This document shows, in pieces, positions 40,301-55,300 of a stretch of DNA of 64,000 nt; the first letter of the stretch is position 1; the number at the start of each line of letters is the position of its first letter. Both the position numbers and the translations under genes were made by a program. The notes below the pieces were generated by a model. It ran no database searches. It was not told the origin of the DNA and saw only the letters and a program-made list of their open reading frames with translations. This DNA is from Isurus oxyrinchus (taxonomy: Eukaryota). The stretch is from positions 5,890,001 through 5,954,000 of the forward strand of contig JANJGN010000034.1 in NCBI GenBank assembly GCA_026770705.1, in the 5' to 3' direction.

Positions 40301-43300
40301 ACAGAATATTGAATGGGCAGAAGTTGCTTATCACCCATTTAACATTGGCTTCCAAAGTTAGAGTCCCTCCTGCTTTTAATTTTTTAGGTAGCTCATATTT
40401 TTTTTTTCTCAAAATAGAAAAATAACAGATATCAAGTTTCTACAGAATATTGGAATATGAACTCTGAATCCAACCCTCTAACTTAGAAGAACGGCAAAAA
40501 CAAATTCCACATATCTAGCACGGTTAACATTACAGAACGTTGGCAAGTGCATCAAACTGTCATAGTAACGCAACAATTGATGCAGCTCTGCATAAGGCTA
40601 CATTTGAAAGTTCTGCGAAAAGTTGGATCAATGAGTTAGGCATTCAGAGGCATCTGAGAAGCGCAAAGATTTTTAGAGGGGCATCGATTCGGAGAGTTTT
40701 ACTGATTCCGCGATGTAGCAGCTGAATTCAGTGTTGCAATAAAGCCACAATTAAAACCGGGGTGCATCAAATAGCCAGAATTACATTTCGGTGAGTTCAG
40801 GTGCAGAAAGACCTTAAAGAGCTCACGGTAGCTGAGGCCATCAAGGGAGTTCGAACAAAAAGAATCAATTTGCACTTTACAACCAAGGCATCTCTTTCCC
40901 TGGACGTCCTATAGAGCTGTGGAGATTCCTTGAATGACAGAAAGTAATTTTCTGTATGTGTTCATTATATTGAATTGCATGGTGTTTGCTGCACAGCAAC
41001 AGGAAATTTCGGCCGGCAGGCCCCATTCGACATGCATTCTCTGTTCGGGGAGCATCGTATCTTACGACGTTGGATAGCAAGTGGGTTAGAATTTAGAAAT
41101 GGTGGAATTATTTTTAATTGTGCGAAGAAACATGTTTGAAAACATTACAGACTTGACAGTTCGATATCGAGGAAGAATATATGCACTACCGAAGCTGGAA
41201 AAAAAATACAATGATGAAATGGGAACTTTGAGTTCTTATCCAATGGCAACGAATGAGCAGACTCTGTTTCATTTGTGCACAAAGTAGACGATGATGTGCT
41301 TGTCCTGATAGCTCATCGGACTGATGAAGAAGTTTGGTACTGTAAACGTAAATAAAATTCTTCGACTTGCAAGGGAAGTGAGTCAACGTTCTTCAAAGCA
41401 AAATAACCACTAATGCACCCAAACATGCTTTTAGAGAACATTTCTTTTACACAAGTAAAAATGGCATCTTGGAATTCGTTACATCAAGGAGAGATTGAAG
41501 CAATAGTATACGATCGTTTAAAATGACGCATGAGAATGAAATCATTGTTGCAGAGAAAAAAGGAACATTCAGCCCGTTGTATTGGCTGTCTGCCAGCGCA
41601 CCTCCTGCTATCACGACTCTCCTTTCTTTGTTGCCCAGTGCTTGCATCTCTTCAGATGTTTAGCTAATTCCTGTTTGAAAGCCATTATTGAATCTACCTC
41701 GACTAAATTCTCAGGCATTGCGTTGCAGATCTTAACCATTATTTTATTCCAAATAAATGTACTTCCTGTCACCGTTCTATGCATCCTAATTTTACGATTG
41801 TTTCTTCTTGACTTTTCTACCAGCTGCAAAAAGTAAACATACGAACACAATATCTAGGGGAAGTGTAAATTCAGTCACCCCTTCAAGCTTACTCCGTCAT
41901 TCAGTAAGGCTATGGGTGATCGGATTGTTACCTCCTGCCTACACACGATAACCTTTCACTCCCTTGTTATTCATGAATCTACCTATTTCTGTCTTTAGAA
42001 TAACCAAAGACTCAGCTTCCACCGCCATTAGAGGAAGACTGTTCCAAAGACGCTCGGCCTTCTGAGAAAAAAATATAATTCTTCTCATCTCTGTTTAACA
42101 TGAGCGACACCTAATTTTTAAATGGTAACCCCTAGTTTTAGATTCTCCCACAAGAGAAAACATCCTCCCCACATCCATTCTGCCCATAACCCTCGGTATC
42201 TCTAATATTTTGATCAACTCAGCTCTTGCCCTCCTAAATACAAGTGGATACATGACTAACCTGTCCACCATTTCAACATAAGACAATCCGACAATTCCTG
42301 GTAATGGACTAGTAGACGTTCCCTTAACTGTTTCTAAAGCATTCAAGCATTTCCTGCAATAAGCATACCAATAATGTACACGCCCCTGAAGATTTGGGCT
42401 CACAAATGCCCTATAGAAATTAAGGATAACCTCCGTGCTTTTGAGTCAATTCCTGTCCCAATGAACGATACAATTCTACAGCTTTCTTAATTGATTGCTG
42501 TTCCTGAATACTAGCTTTTTGTGGTTCATGCACCAGGAAACCCAATTCCTTCCAAATCACAGAGTTCTGCAAACCCTTCCCTTTTAGATATTTTTTCTTC
42601 ATTATCCCTCCCAGAAATTTTGCCTTTTCCTACTTTGCGTTGTATTTGTCTGAATATTACACGGTCACTTACCTATCAATATTGCTTTATAGACTCCATA
42701 CCTACTCCCCATAACGTAACTTCCTAACTATTTGTGTGTGGTCAGCAAACTTAGCAACCACAACATCTCTATCTACTCTGTTTCGAATCCACATAGTTGT
42801 ATCCCTCTATGAAATATCATCTCAAACGTCTCTTCTTAAAGTAAAATACACCAGATATGAAATCTACCTATTTACAACCTCATCCCTCATTCTTGTAAAC
42901 GCTTTCTGAAATCTATTTGAAGACTTTGAACCATTCCAAATTATGGGTCGTTGTTTTGACCGTGCAGTTGGTGTAGCTGAGTTATTGAAAGACACCAGAG
43001 GAAAATTAATAACAACTGTCATAACTGTGTGATATGTTTAACATGCAAATTTAAGTTCAGGAAAGAGAGCCCTTGTTTTCGAGAGGTTTTATATTCAGCT
43101 AAATGAAATCGCTTTTCAATTTGCAAAAGTTAAGTATATGCACATGGCTACAAATTACTATGATCATATCTTTTAACAAATTGCCAAACTAATACCCGGT
43201 AAGGCAATATGAACTCAAAGAATTAGCCAGGCAAAAAGATTTACGAATTGAAAATGAGACTTTTTTCGCGTTGGGTTCTGTGGAGACAGTTGGAGGTTTT

Positions 43301-46300
43301 CGGCTCCTTTTGATCTCAAATTGCCTCTGCTCTCCACACACAAAACTGCTCAACTTATTCCTAGCATCGTTCATTGCATGTACTTTCTGATTGAATCATC
43401 AGCCTCTTTGAACTCCAAGTTTTAACAATAGAACACTTTTCATAGAATGAATTTTATCAGTAATATAAACATATTGCTAGGTGTCCGCTGGCTAGGTGGT
43501 AGTTTTCACCTCACTTCTTGATGCACCATCAAATAATGCAAATAAAGGCTTTTTGACTTACATATCAAAACCAGTAAACATCAAAGCGCCCAGACTAGCA
43601 CGCTTAAATCCAATTAAGACACACCCAAAAGCTAAACATCTATTTTAAATGAAAAATATTTTCCAAAACTAATGTAAAAAAAATAACTTCATGACAGTCA
43701 CATTATTGGACAAAATGCTCCAGTTGAGGCAGAACCAATGCTTTATAATTAATCATAACAACATCCTTGATTTTGCTCTCAACACCTATTTTCTTAAAAT
43801 CGGGATCCCATATACTTTCTTTAAAATTTCTTCAACATGTCTGGTTGTTCAAGCGACGTGTTCACATATATCCCTATATCGCTACTTTACTTTGGCCTTC
43901 TGATTTGTTACACTTTCGATTTTGTTACCTTCCATTCCTCTGCCGAACAAAATGTGTCAGCTCGTGCCTTTTTCTTCTGAAATAGACTTCATCTGCAAAG
44001 TGCCTTTCCGTTCCAATAGTTGTCCTATGGCAACCAAGTGGAGTTGAAGAACACAAATCTAAAAAAAAACATAAGATAAGCATAACATGAACGGAACTCA
44101 TATTAAAAATGCATTTAAATGCATGCCCAGTAATGTGAAATAGTACAAGGCAGCTTTAGGCCATCAATCGTGGGGCGGAATCAGGCAAAGTCAGGAATAC
44201 TGAGGCAAGCACAAAGGGCAACCTGGGCCAGGAAATTAACCCTGCCGTATGTTGAAAGGAAAGAGAGGTGCCAAATATTTTCTGTATTAGCTGTGTCTTG
44301 TCGAGATTACATTCTATTTTGTAAAAAAAGAAACTGCTATAGAAAGCAGATATTCTGAATGTTTGTACTTGGCAGTAAAAGATGTTCAGTTCCACATCCA
44401 CGACCCGTCAAAAATCCACTTTGTGCTCTGCATGTCGGGTGAGAAAAATGTTGACAAAGCAGGGAACTGAGTTAAAAAAAATAATATAACAATATGACGA
44501 ATATCAGTTGCCTTGATAATAATTTAACAGAAGAGTCGGTAAAGGAAGAACAATTTAGAATTACTACAACGCGCTGGTGGCCGTTTTCTCGCCGACCCTC
44601 TCAAAGAAACAAGCAAGTAAACATTTTGTATCGAACTTTTAATGAGGAATTGAACCAGGATAAAGAAGGTCGGAAAAAAAAAAACGACAGCTCCGCATTG
44701 ATGACCGTAATTATGTTTAAAATGATGACAGGGAAGGTCATAAGTATAAGAAAAGCGAGGTTTAAAGGGTGGAGGTCACGTGATTTTTAGGGGGTCGTTA
44801 GAACTTCAGAAAATGACATAAGCAAAAAATTGGTGAAGAGCAATGTGGAAGGACAATGGGAAAATTAAAAAAAACGAGCAGAGGGCAGGGATATATATTC
44901 AGCAAGAAGTAGAGAAGAAATCAGACATTTGTGGTACATGAATGTTGCATGAAGACAAAAGAATATAACTGTCAATAAGGAAGAGATATATGATAAGTAC
45001 ATTATGTGCATAAAAATACATAAGAGAGAATATCAAGAAACTAGGAGGAGGGTCGAAAAAGCAGGTAAGCCGTCAAAGAGAAGCTAAAAAATCATATTAA
45101 TAACGAGCATAAAACCAACAAAATATTTTAGACGCTCTTTAAAAAGAGAGGCTGTGTTAGGGGTAGTGCGATTAAAAGATAGAAAGCAAAATTTCATAAA
45201 TAACAAAATAAATATGCTTTGTGAACGTACGAGTTAGCAGCACGATTAGGCCCTTCGATCCTGCTCCTGCTTTCAATAGGATAATGATAAAATGGTTGTG
45301 TCCTAAAGTCCACATTCTCGCCTATGCATGAAATCCTTTCTCCCGGTTGCTCGTCAATGATCTGTCTGCCTCTCTCCTGATAACATAATAATCAACCGCC
45401 CTGCTTCCATCATTCGCTGGGGGAGAGATATCAAATGCAAACAATGCTCTAACATACAAGCAAAAATTCGTCCCTTGTTTGTCTCAAACTGGAGAGCATT
45501 TATTTTTAAAATTGGCGTTAAACTGAATGGTGAGAGGTGAAATGGAATAGGTGTGTTTAAAATAAAAAACAGTTATTTCAATCTACCGAACAAAAGAGCA
45601 TATACGCCCTGCCCCAGATCCGTGGCGTGTACATACTCTAAAAGATTCTGAAGAACATATTACGCATATTTCATAGCTTGTAAGGAAAAGCTGTAACACC
45701 GGAATTCTGGTGTAAATTTGCTTTAATTTCCATATTCAATTTTATGCCTGTCTTCTTAAAATCGGGACAGGAAAATAATGGAACACCTATTCAATAAAGT
45801 TATAGAAGAACAAACATCATGGTTAACATGCAGACACACACAGAAACGCATACCTCATGTGGATATATAAGTGTGTACACATGGGTGGAAATAATGGTGA
45901 TGCAGTGCCCAGTTTTTCAAATGGTCTTGAATAAGCTTTTCCAGTGTGCCTAAGTGAATGAGGTGTAATAACGTGGAGTCAGGTGACAAGTAACGTGATG
46001 GAATTTTTAAATGGCTTCAAGACATGTAACAGAGACTAAGAGTAAATGTGGGTTATTCATGTGGCAGCAAGTGAACGTTGTTTTCCACAAGGTTCTTTGC
46101 TGGCTCTACTGCTGTTTAATATTCTTTCTAACGACTTTGATTGTGGAGTCAGAAACTCCATTTCTAAATTTTTGCCGTTCAGCAATATGGGGAGAATTTG
46201 AAAATAGAGGTGCATTGCAACAAATTGCATGAAGACATTGTTAAATTGGAGAAAGGACAAGCAATTGAAAATGATCTCGAATAAAGATTTGTGTAAGGTA

Positions 46301-49300
46301 TTCCGTTCTGTTAGGAAGCATACATGCTCTGTGTTTTTTTTTTGAAATGTGAAAGTCTAGCTAGGATTAAGGAAAGTAGGGGTCCCGATCTACAAAAGCA
46401 CCAATCGCTAAAAGTTTAATCGCTGTTGAGGAAGTTCACAAAATCAAAACAATCACGAGACTTAGTTTCTGCAGGGATGTAATTTAACGTACTTATGTCA
46501 TGCTGAACCAAGAAATACATCGGGAATCCTGCAAAAAAACTTTGCCTAAATGAATAGCATAGATGCATTCAAGAGGAAGCTAGATTCATGTATCAGTGAG
46601 AAGATGATAGACGCTTTCAATGATAAATTTAGATGAGGTATTTTAGAAGGAATTTCAAGCGAAGCTTTGGCGTTTGATGGGCTGAAATATATCTTTCTGT
46701 GACATACATCCTAAGGAGTAAATTAAATAACCTAATTCATAATTAAACATGGCCGGATAATCTAATACTGTTTCTATTTTTAAGGTATATAACTGTGTAG
46801 TTAGGTACCTAAATTCATGACTCAAACAGCAGCCGTGTAAACAAAAAAAGTTATCTCTGCAATAAGTTAAAATGATTGGCAATTTGTTCCGTCATTTGAA
46901 TACAACCCAGTAAACTCACATAATTCAGCTCATTAGAATGGGACTGGTGTGAGAATTGTAAAATTCATCGCGCATCTAAAGTGTCATTGCGGAGTTAATT
47001 TATAGAACATTTCTGCACAAAGCCCGATGTAATAATTTCACCTTTATCCTGTTAAACATTGTGTTTCGTCGGAAAAATAATGCGTTTATGCTTTACTTTT
47101 CCTCAGAGCTCCACAACATACAAGAAAAGTGCAGTAAGTATTGCCTACTGCGGAGATTTATTATTTTTATCTGCTGAGTTATTTTGAATTCCTGAGCTTA
47201 CATTTTTGTGCTGGCTTCCCCTTGTAATTCAGGAATCTTTGCCTAAAAATACCCCAAGAAACATCTCCGGAACAATGGTATAAAGTTTGACATTCTGAAC
47301 TTCTTGCATTGAGTTCAATAAGTTATTCAGTTTGCAGTCAGACAAAGGTCATTGTTTAGCCAAAAGTTGAAATCATCTCCGTTCAAATCCACTGTTACTT
47401 CATCGAAACAGCTTCTGCAGTAGAAACATTTACAAGTGATGTGCTGACAGATGTGCAATTGACGACAGTCTTCTTTTAAATTGGAATGCTGAAGTACAGT
47501 TTTTTGCAGATACAGGGTTTGAGTGGCAATAGGCGGGATTACTCCCCTGCCTCCCACGATGCACTCCCTCAATTTGCACGTTATTTACACTCTACGTGAT
47601 TGACCCCACAGGGATTTTATAACACTTCCCTACCAACAAATGGCTTCTATGTGTTGGGCCTCGCTGGACAAGCACAGAGAGGGATCTGGAACTTGGCTGG
47701 GTAAATTTGGAGATGCATGATTTACTTTTACAGGCTTACATTTGCATGGCCATATAAGAAGGAAGGCAGATCGGAAAAAAAGTAAATTCGTGCTGCTTTC
47801 ATATATCCCACCTGACCTTATGCAAGAATGCCTTGAATGTACAGTTCTAGTAACATAAACAGAGTAACAGAGCCATTGGAGAAAATGCAATAAGCATTAA
47901 AATTCCTCCTAGAACTTAGACAGTTTTGAAGTTCTTAAGAGTAGGCACTGTGAATATAGTTGCACTAATAGCAGTGCGTACGAAGGGGGCATCAACGGTC
48001 AATTAATATGATACTCCTTAACAGATCAAATATGGTTTACAAAAAATGTGCATTCACTTATTGAGTGGCTAGAACATGCAGCCAAGAGTCGCGTCTGATC
48101 ACACACAGACATGTCAAGGGAGAATGACACACAAAAACTGTAAAACCGAATTATTCATAGGGTTAAATCGAGACTAGCATAAAGAGGCTCATCAGATTCC
48201 TTAACACTGCTGTCGTGGATTTGAGCTGATCATTCTGGTTATTTTTTGATCCTAATTCTAGGTAACTCTAGAACGCATATATTGCAGAAATGTTATCCAA
48301 TTTAGCAACTTTTTGCTACTCCCAATCACTCCGAAACTACCAACCCCCACCCACCACCACCCCCCCATCAGCCCACCACTCCTCCATGAACCCCAATATG
48401 GACCTAGACTCAAAACAATTCCAGGCCGGACAGGGGAGTGCCAATTGGTCCTTGCTTGATGGTACTGCCCCAAAAATACTAATAAATATAACAACTCAGC
48501 CACAGTATGCGCTCCAGTAGTTTCATGTGTCAATAACAGCCCGGAGGTTGAACTATTCTTGTAACTCTTGCAGAAAATGATCTCGACCAAAAAGATGAGG
48601 GTAAAGTACAACATCAAACGTGCAGTATTTCGTTTTGATTGCATTTACTACTGTCCGCATGTAAGAGAATTAGTTGAATTCCATGACAGCGGACACAGTG
48701 TCCAGAACACTGACTTCTTGCCTGGGAGGTTGTTGTAACCTCGTACTGGATCAGGGACCTCAGCATAAAAATTCAGCTACCACTCTGAGTGAGCATTTAC
48801 GTGGCTATACTGCCCAGTGGAAGGTTGAAACTTTCTGCTGCAGTATTAAACTGCAATCATTGAACTATCCTCTGGCATTTCCATAGGCAGCAGAGGGCCA
48901 AAATATCCGGCCCCGTATTGTCTCAGCACTGTATACCTCTGAAGAATCATTGCAAGGAGGTTATCGGTAAAATATCACTTTTAGGAATTTCGGAGCTCGT
49001 TCTGTGTAATATAACTCGTGCGTTTTCAGTATTATTAGCTTGAAAGCATTTCCAAATGTGGTCCAGGCGATGCCACATGTCCTGAGAATGTGACGGGCAC
49101 CACAACAATTGTCACACACACCTGAAATTAAATAAGAATGGTTGATGTGCCAGCATGCCAACAGTAATTACAACGTAATTGACGCGAAGTCTGAGGGGAA
49201 ATAGTGATATTTGACTGCTTAAATGACATTCCACATGCTTATTTTACAAAAATGCAAGAATTCGGCAAGAAAGTTGGAGAATTAGGTGAGTAAAGGAAAA

Positions 49301-52300
49301 AAAAATATTTGTGGAAACATTGCTCGTTAATGGGGCTTATTCTGAAATTTTGTTTGCTTTCCTCATGGCAAATGGGACGTTTAGACAAAGTTTAATGGGA
49401 AATCAAGTCAAACGTTAAGTACTTTCATGTCACTATCAATGTCAGAGAAAGGCCCAGCGGTGCCAATCAACGTGATGTCCAGTAGAAATCAAATTAACCC
49501 GCTGTGAGATCAGGAATTATCAACTCGTGTATGGTAAGAACAAGTATTAGCGCCAAAGACAGAGATAAAAAAAAAAAAAATCTGAGGTTGCTGGAAAGCC
49601 AAAAAAAAAACGGAATTAAATGGAAAAACTCAGCAGGTCTGGCAGCATCGGCGGAGAAGAAAAGAGTTGACGTCTCGAGTCCTTGTTGAGCGGTCATGAG
49701 GACTCGAAACGTCAACTCTTCTTTTCCGCCAATGCTGCCAGACCTGCTGAGTTTTTCCAGGTAATTCTGTTTTTGTTAAGTATTAGTGTCACTCGGTTTG
49801 TGTGGGAGGTCAGTTTTGAGGATCTATGGAGAGGGCAGTCTGTATATCGATAAGCTTAGATGTATTTGATGGCGGGTGCTACTGATCTAAGTCAGAAATA
49901 AATTATATCTGGTGAGGACGATCGGGCTTTGCTGAAATGAGATATAGGTTTCAACATATGTGTGTGGTCAGCTCTTTCTGGGGTCAAGTTTTATTTTGCT
50001 GACTTTCTTATGAGTTGTGGGCGTGGCTAAAAAGGCCCTCCTTTGTTGCGTATCCTAATTACCTTTGAAATGGCCGTCTTGCAATACATAACCATCGCCA
50101 ATTACAGAAGATATGCTTCCCTGAACTGAAATGGCAGAATTGATTATAAGTCCCATTACGGTGGGGAGCTTTCAATTCCAGATTATTTAACTGAATTTAA
50201 ATTCTACAAATTGCCATGCATGAACCCATGTCCCAGCGGATTGCTCGTAGGAGAATCAGAAATTAGCAGACGGAGTTTCAAAATAATGCATCTTCCAGTT
50301 AAGACTGAGTTTTTCCTTCACTGAGTCGTTAATACTGCAAGTCAATACCGCAGGGGACAGTGCAGGATGTGGCATTGAATATTTTACCACTGCATCTTAA
50401 CCTACTAGGCAAACAGTTCTTATGGGGATGTAAAACCAAAACGTAACTGCTGAGGCTGGGAATCAGATATCAAACAGAAAATGCTTCCAAAACGTAGCCG
50501 GTCTGGCAGCATTTGTGGAGAGAGAAAGGGGGGTTAAATTTTCGAGACCATACGGCTCCTGTTCACAGCTGGTTATGGAGCTAATTCAGGGAAGTGGATT
50601 TAAGGAACTATCAGTTTAGTTATATTCTTGTAGAATGGAGGGGAGGTTAGAGGGGCCAAATGGCCTAAATCTGCCAAATTTCCTCATGTTTTTAAGTTGT
50701 TAAGGGCCGACATCAATATTCGTCCTTTCTCAAAAATGGACATAGCCAAAGTCTGGTGCAGCTCCAATGGACCGAGAATTATGAATAAAAACAAAAAAAT
50801 TGTGGATGCTGGAAATCCTTAACAAAAACAGAATTACCTGGAAAAACTCAGCAGGTCCGGCAGCATCAGCAGAGGAGAAAAGAGTTGACGTTTCGAGTCC
50901 TCATTACCCTTCGACAGAACTTGAGTGAATCGAAGAAAGGGGTAAAATATAAGTTGGTTTAAGGTGTGTGTGTGGGGGGGGGGGGGGGTGCAGTTTGGGT
51001 GTGGGGAGAGAAGTGGAGGGGGTAGGTGTCGTTGTAGGTTGCTTGATTGTCCTACAACCACACCAACCCCCTCCACTTCTCACCCTCAAACCAACCCCCC
51101 CCCCCCCCACACACACACACACACACAAACACACCTTAAACCGCTTTATATTTCACCCCTTTCTTGGATTCACTCAAGTTCTGTCGAAGGGTCATGAGGA
51201 CTCGAAACTTCAACTCTTTTCTTCTCCGCCAATGCTGCCAAACCTGCTGAGTATTTCCAGGTTATTCTGTTTTTGTTTTGACAATTATGAATACCTAGTT
51301 GTAATGGCAAGAATCTCAGAGTTTTACGCGCTTATCCAGGCTGCTGAAAACAGAGTTTTCTTGACGGGAAAAAAGCACAGTAAATGAAGGGTAAAGACGT
51401 TAAAGTTTATTTTGTTAGGATATAAATAACAGGAACGACCAGTCAATGACAAACAGTAAAAGGAAAAGAGAGTGGTAAGCTTTGCTCTGGGATGCCTGTT
51501 ACCGAATTGCAGATCACTTTTTTATGCTCAGTGACATTGCACATCCTATAACTTTACTATTGCTTATATTTCCTTTACTGATTCACAGAAAATGTAAAGA
51601 AAGGTATGAATACGTACATTACAGAAATTCTACTCTAAAGGAAGATAAATATGTTGCCCAAAAAATTCATCCCTGGTGGAATCGGCCCAATCTCCCGTCG
51701 AGTATCTTGCCTAATGTCGAATATATACTTATTTCCCTTTTTCCACGACCCTCTACGACATTTTCGCTCCCCAGCTGTGTAACATGCCACAGCTCAAAAA
51801 TTAAATTTGATACAACTAATTTGCTTCCTTAATTTCGGATTTAGTGTTTTCCCAGTCCCGACCTCTAAACGTTTAACACATTCCCTAAAAACTGTGCCTC
51901 ATAGTGGTAAGCCTTGATACCTTTAATAATATCTCTCAACCTCTTCCTTGTGGTTATGCTACTATGTGTTCCATACTAATGTATGTTTCTGCGTTCTTCG
52001 TCGTTGTCTGTTTAGTAAAAGTATATTGTCCGCTTCAACCAAATCCGAGGAAGTCTCATATCACATGAAGGATCCCAGCAGACTGTGGAGTTGAGTGAAC
52101 ATGAGCCAGGATGTGACCTCTTCCAAAAGCGTAACTTTACAATAGAACCTTGAAGGATGATGAAACACACACCTAATAGACTCAAAGATGAATGTTTTTT
52201 CTCTCCGCCTTGCAGAGCTAAGCACCTGCCAAGATACCGTAAAAGATTTAGGTGAGCCAATCAGTTTTGATGCCTGCTGAATTTCCCGGCCGTTCTCTTT

Positions 52301-55300
52301 ACTCTTAAATCAAGCAAAGCTCCAAGTGTTTCTAAAGCACAACGGAGAAAAAAACGATTCTGGAGCATTAATGCCGTTTGTTTTAAAGATGTTGAACTTT
52401 AAAGGAATGACAGACTAGTTCCGCAGAGGGAGCTGAACTGTCAATCAAAGTGTTTTCGTGCAATGCTCGGTCAGAATTTTGCCAAGTGACTTTATGGATT
52501 CTTCACTGTTCAGAATGATTCACGTAGATTATATCATGAAACAAATATGCCCTGTGTTGTATCGCCAGTTGCTGGCATTCAACTGACAGACTTATGTGGG
52601 GTCATGTGTGTATTCAGTTGCACTGACTAGAATGCAATTAAATATTTGGGGTGGGTATATATTCTTCCCTCTTTATGAAATCGCACATTTTGCCTGGCTA
52701 TCCAAAATTGAAATTCATCGTGTAGAGCTTGATTAATGTGAATGGTTTTCCCATATGCTACCTAATCAGCACTCACCATCACATTTTGCCAATTTTAATT
52801 GCTGTTGACTTCAAGGTAAAAAAAAAAAGACCTGGACCTTTTGCAAGGAAAGGGCGATCAACATAACGATTACAAGACCTTAGGAAGTTGGCGTAATTTA
52901 TGTTATCTCCATGCTCCATGACGTGCATTTCCCCCCGATAGCGCCACTGCGAGTTAAAGAGGAAAACTTCACTATTCATTCTTGTTTGCACAATAGAAAA
53001 GGTAGCAAGTTGCGAGCTAGCAGTGGATAAATGGCTGTTGTAACCATCGCATGAGCTGTTCCAAACAATTTTCACGGTGTTCCACGTTCTCATGGAGAGT
53101 TATGTTTGCCCTGCACTGTCGGCGATATGCAGAAGAGCTTGACTTTCAGTGAATACTTCTCCGCAGTAGATCATGCATTCGTTCATTTTATTATTTATTT
53201 CTGATTTGTTTCACAGCTAAATTAAAAAAAGGTAAGTGGAAATATGTGCAAGCACCTGACAGTCTAAGAGGGTGAAAAGAAAAATGAGGAAAGCTGTGTT
53301 CGCAGTGATTATTGTTTGCAATTTAAAGTAACTTTTAAATTGTCATTACTATATCTAAATACCTCTGTTCCTTGCTCTTCCATATAGCCTTGAGAATCCT
53401 CTGGCCTTACAACTGGTTGCAAGTTTGGTGTTCCCACCACGCTGGCCCCTTTCTGATCGTGGTGTTCCATTACCTTACTAATGGCGTTTTATGACTTCTG
53501 CAATTTGTCCGAAGGCTCCAAAGCATGTTTGCTAAACCTTGCGCCTCAAACTGTCCTTCCTCTTTTAACATTCACATATTTCCTGGGCAGTTTCCGAAGT
53601 CCAACCCTCGTCATCACCCGGATTCTGGCCAATAATTAAAGTTTTGCTCAGAACGTGGTGAAATGCAGTGAGTTTCCTTACGCCCTGTGGCACTTCGGTT
53701 ATCGAGAAGGTCTGCTAGGAAACTTAGAAATACTGAGCAGACAATGTCCTAAATACATTTCCTCAGAACAAACAAGGGAATACGTGGCATCTTGAACAAC
53801 TTAATTTCTTTTCTGGCAAATGAAGGCTGCAACAGAAACAAAGCTCCAAACGTTTTAGTTTTCTGCCGCTGGACCGAGGTGTCGTTCTCTAAAGACAGGT
53901 GTGAAAGATGCTGTGCAATGGTTTGTCCATCCTAAAATTTTGCCCTCATGGGCATCTTTCTTTCCAAGCACATCTACAATGCGATCATGTTCTCATCGAA
54001 TGGAGTAGGGAACATTGTTGTGTTGTGTCAAAAGGATCAATTGAAATATGCTTGCAATGCATTTGGTCAATGGAAAAAGTGAGCATTCGAAAGGTTGCAA
54101 CAACAAAACTGACAGCAATTTCATGATCTGTTATTTTTGCCTGATTCCCCTCATACTCTAATGGGCTGCTAGATGGAAAACCTACAGGAGACACTTCTAG
54201 GCACTTGGGTCATACCGTGTAAATTGGCTGCAATAGAAATTGCATATTAGTGGGTTGGCAGACAGGCAGACACTGTCAGCTGTCAGGTATCAGACTCCCA
54301 ATGCAGGTATTGTTCTCCAAGATTAGAGGGGATAGACGCACCAGAGGAAGGCAGAGGACGCTCTTAAGGGGTGTGCTGAAAAGCAACATGGAGAAAGTGA
54401 ACTATTCTCATCGACATCTCGGTGAACACCATTTAGAACTTAAGCCAAATGACACCAGCCCCTATAGGAACCACAACAGCACTTTGAAAACGAACAACTA
54501 TAAAAATAGGAGGGACCAAAGGGAAACAGCAAGACTCTAATTAATGTTACATGACCTGACACCCAACAAGGCATTGGTGCATGAAGTCTGCTTGTCCCGC
54601 ATCTGCCTCATCAGCCATCTCAGGCTCATGGAAGACAATTGTGCTCGCTAGTGAGTCGTAGCCAGTAATAACATTATCTGCAAGCAATTAATCACGTGTC
54701 ACAATGTGGCCTCATGTTGCACCACCTCCAGGTTTGTCGAGAACTGTTTGTGTGGAAACAATTTTGGTGTTTTCCTGCATTAAGTCAACACATACATGCT
54801 AATTGCTCTTTCCTGACAACAGTCTACATTCAATGTCTACCAGCAAAGTTTCTGCCGACGAATCTGATGAACCAGTTGCTCGCAGGACGACAACTTGCCG
54901 ATTCTTACAGTACAGTTAAGCAGGTGGGAGTAAACCATGGTTCCCGAAGAGAAGTTAAACATTTTTAACATAATCAAAGAAAATAGATTGTTCTAGACCG
55001 GTTGCAACACAGAAAGAGGCCATTGGGATCTTCGCATTGGAGGCGGATCTCTTCGTTATTATCTAGGCTGTTACCATGATTCAGACCTTCAACTGCAACG
55101 CATGCAACTTCATTGCCAAATAATTGCCGAGCTCCCTATTAAAAGCCACGATTGTCCCTTTGCCGAGCTCATTCTTAGACACTGCATTTAAGAAACTAAT
55201 GATGCTCTGCACATTTAATTTTTCCCTATTTCCCCTTTGGTTCTCTTTCAGTTGACGTTACATCAACGTCTTCCAGGTTCTTGACCATTCCAGATGGGCA

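Noticed and set aside
50834-51387. Gly/Pro/His-Thr-rich ORFs
   Set aside because: Produced by G/C runs and (CA)n/(GT)n inside the palindromic mobile insert; absent from copy 1.
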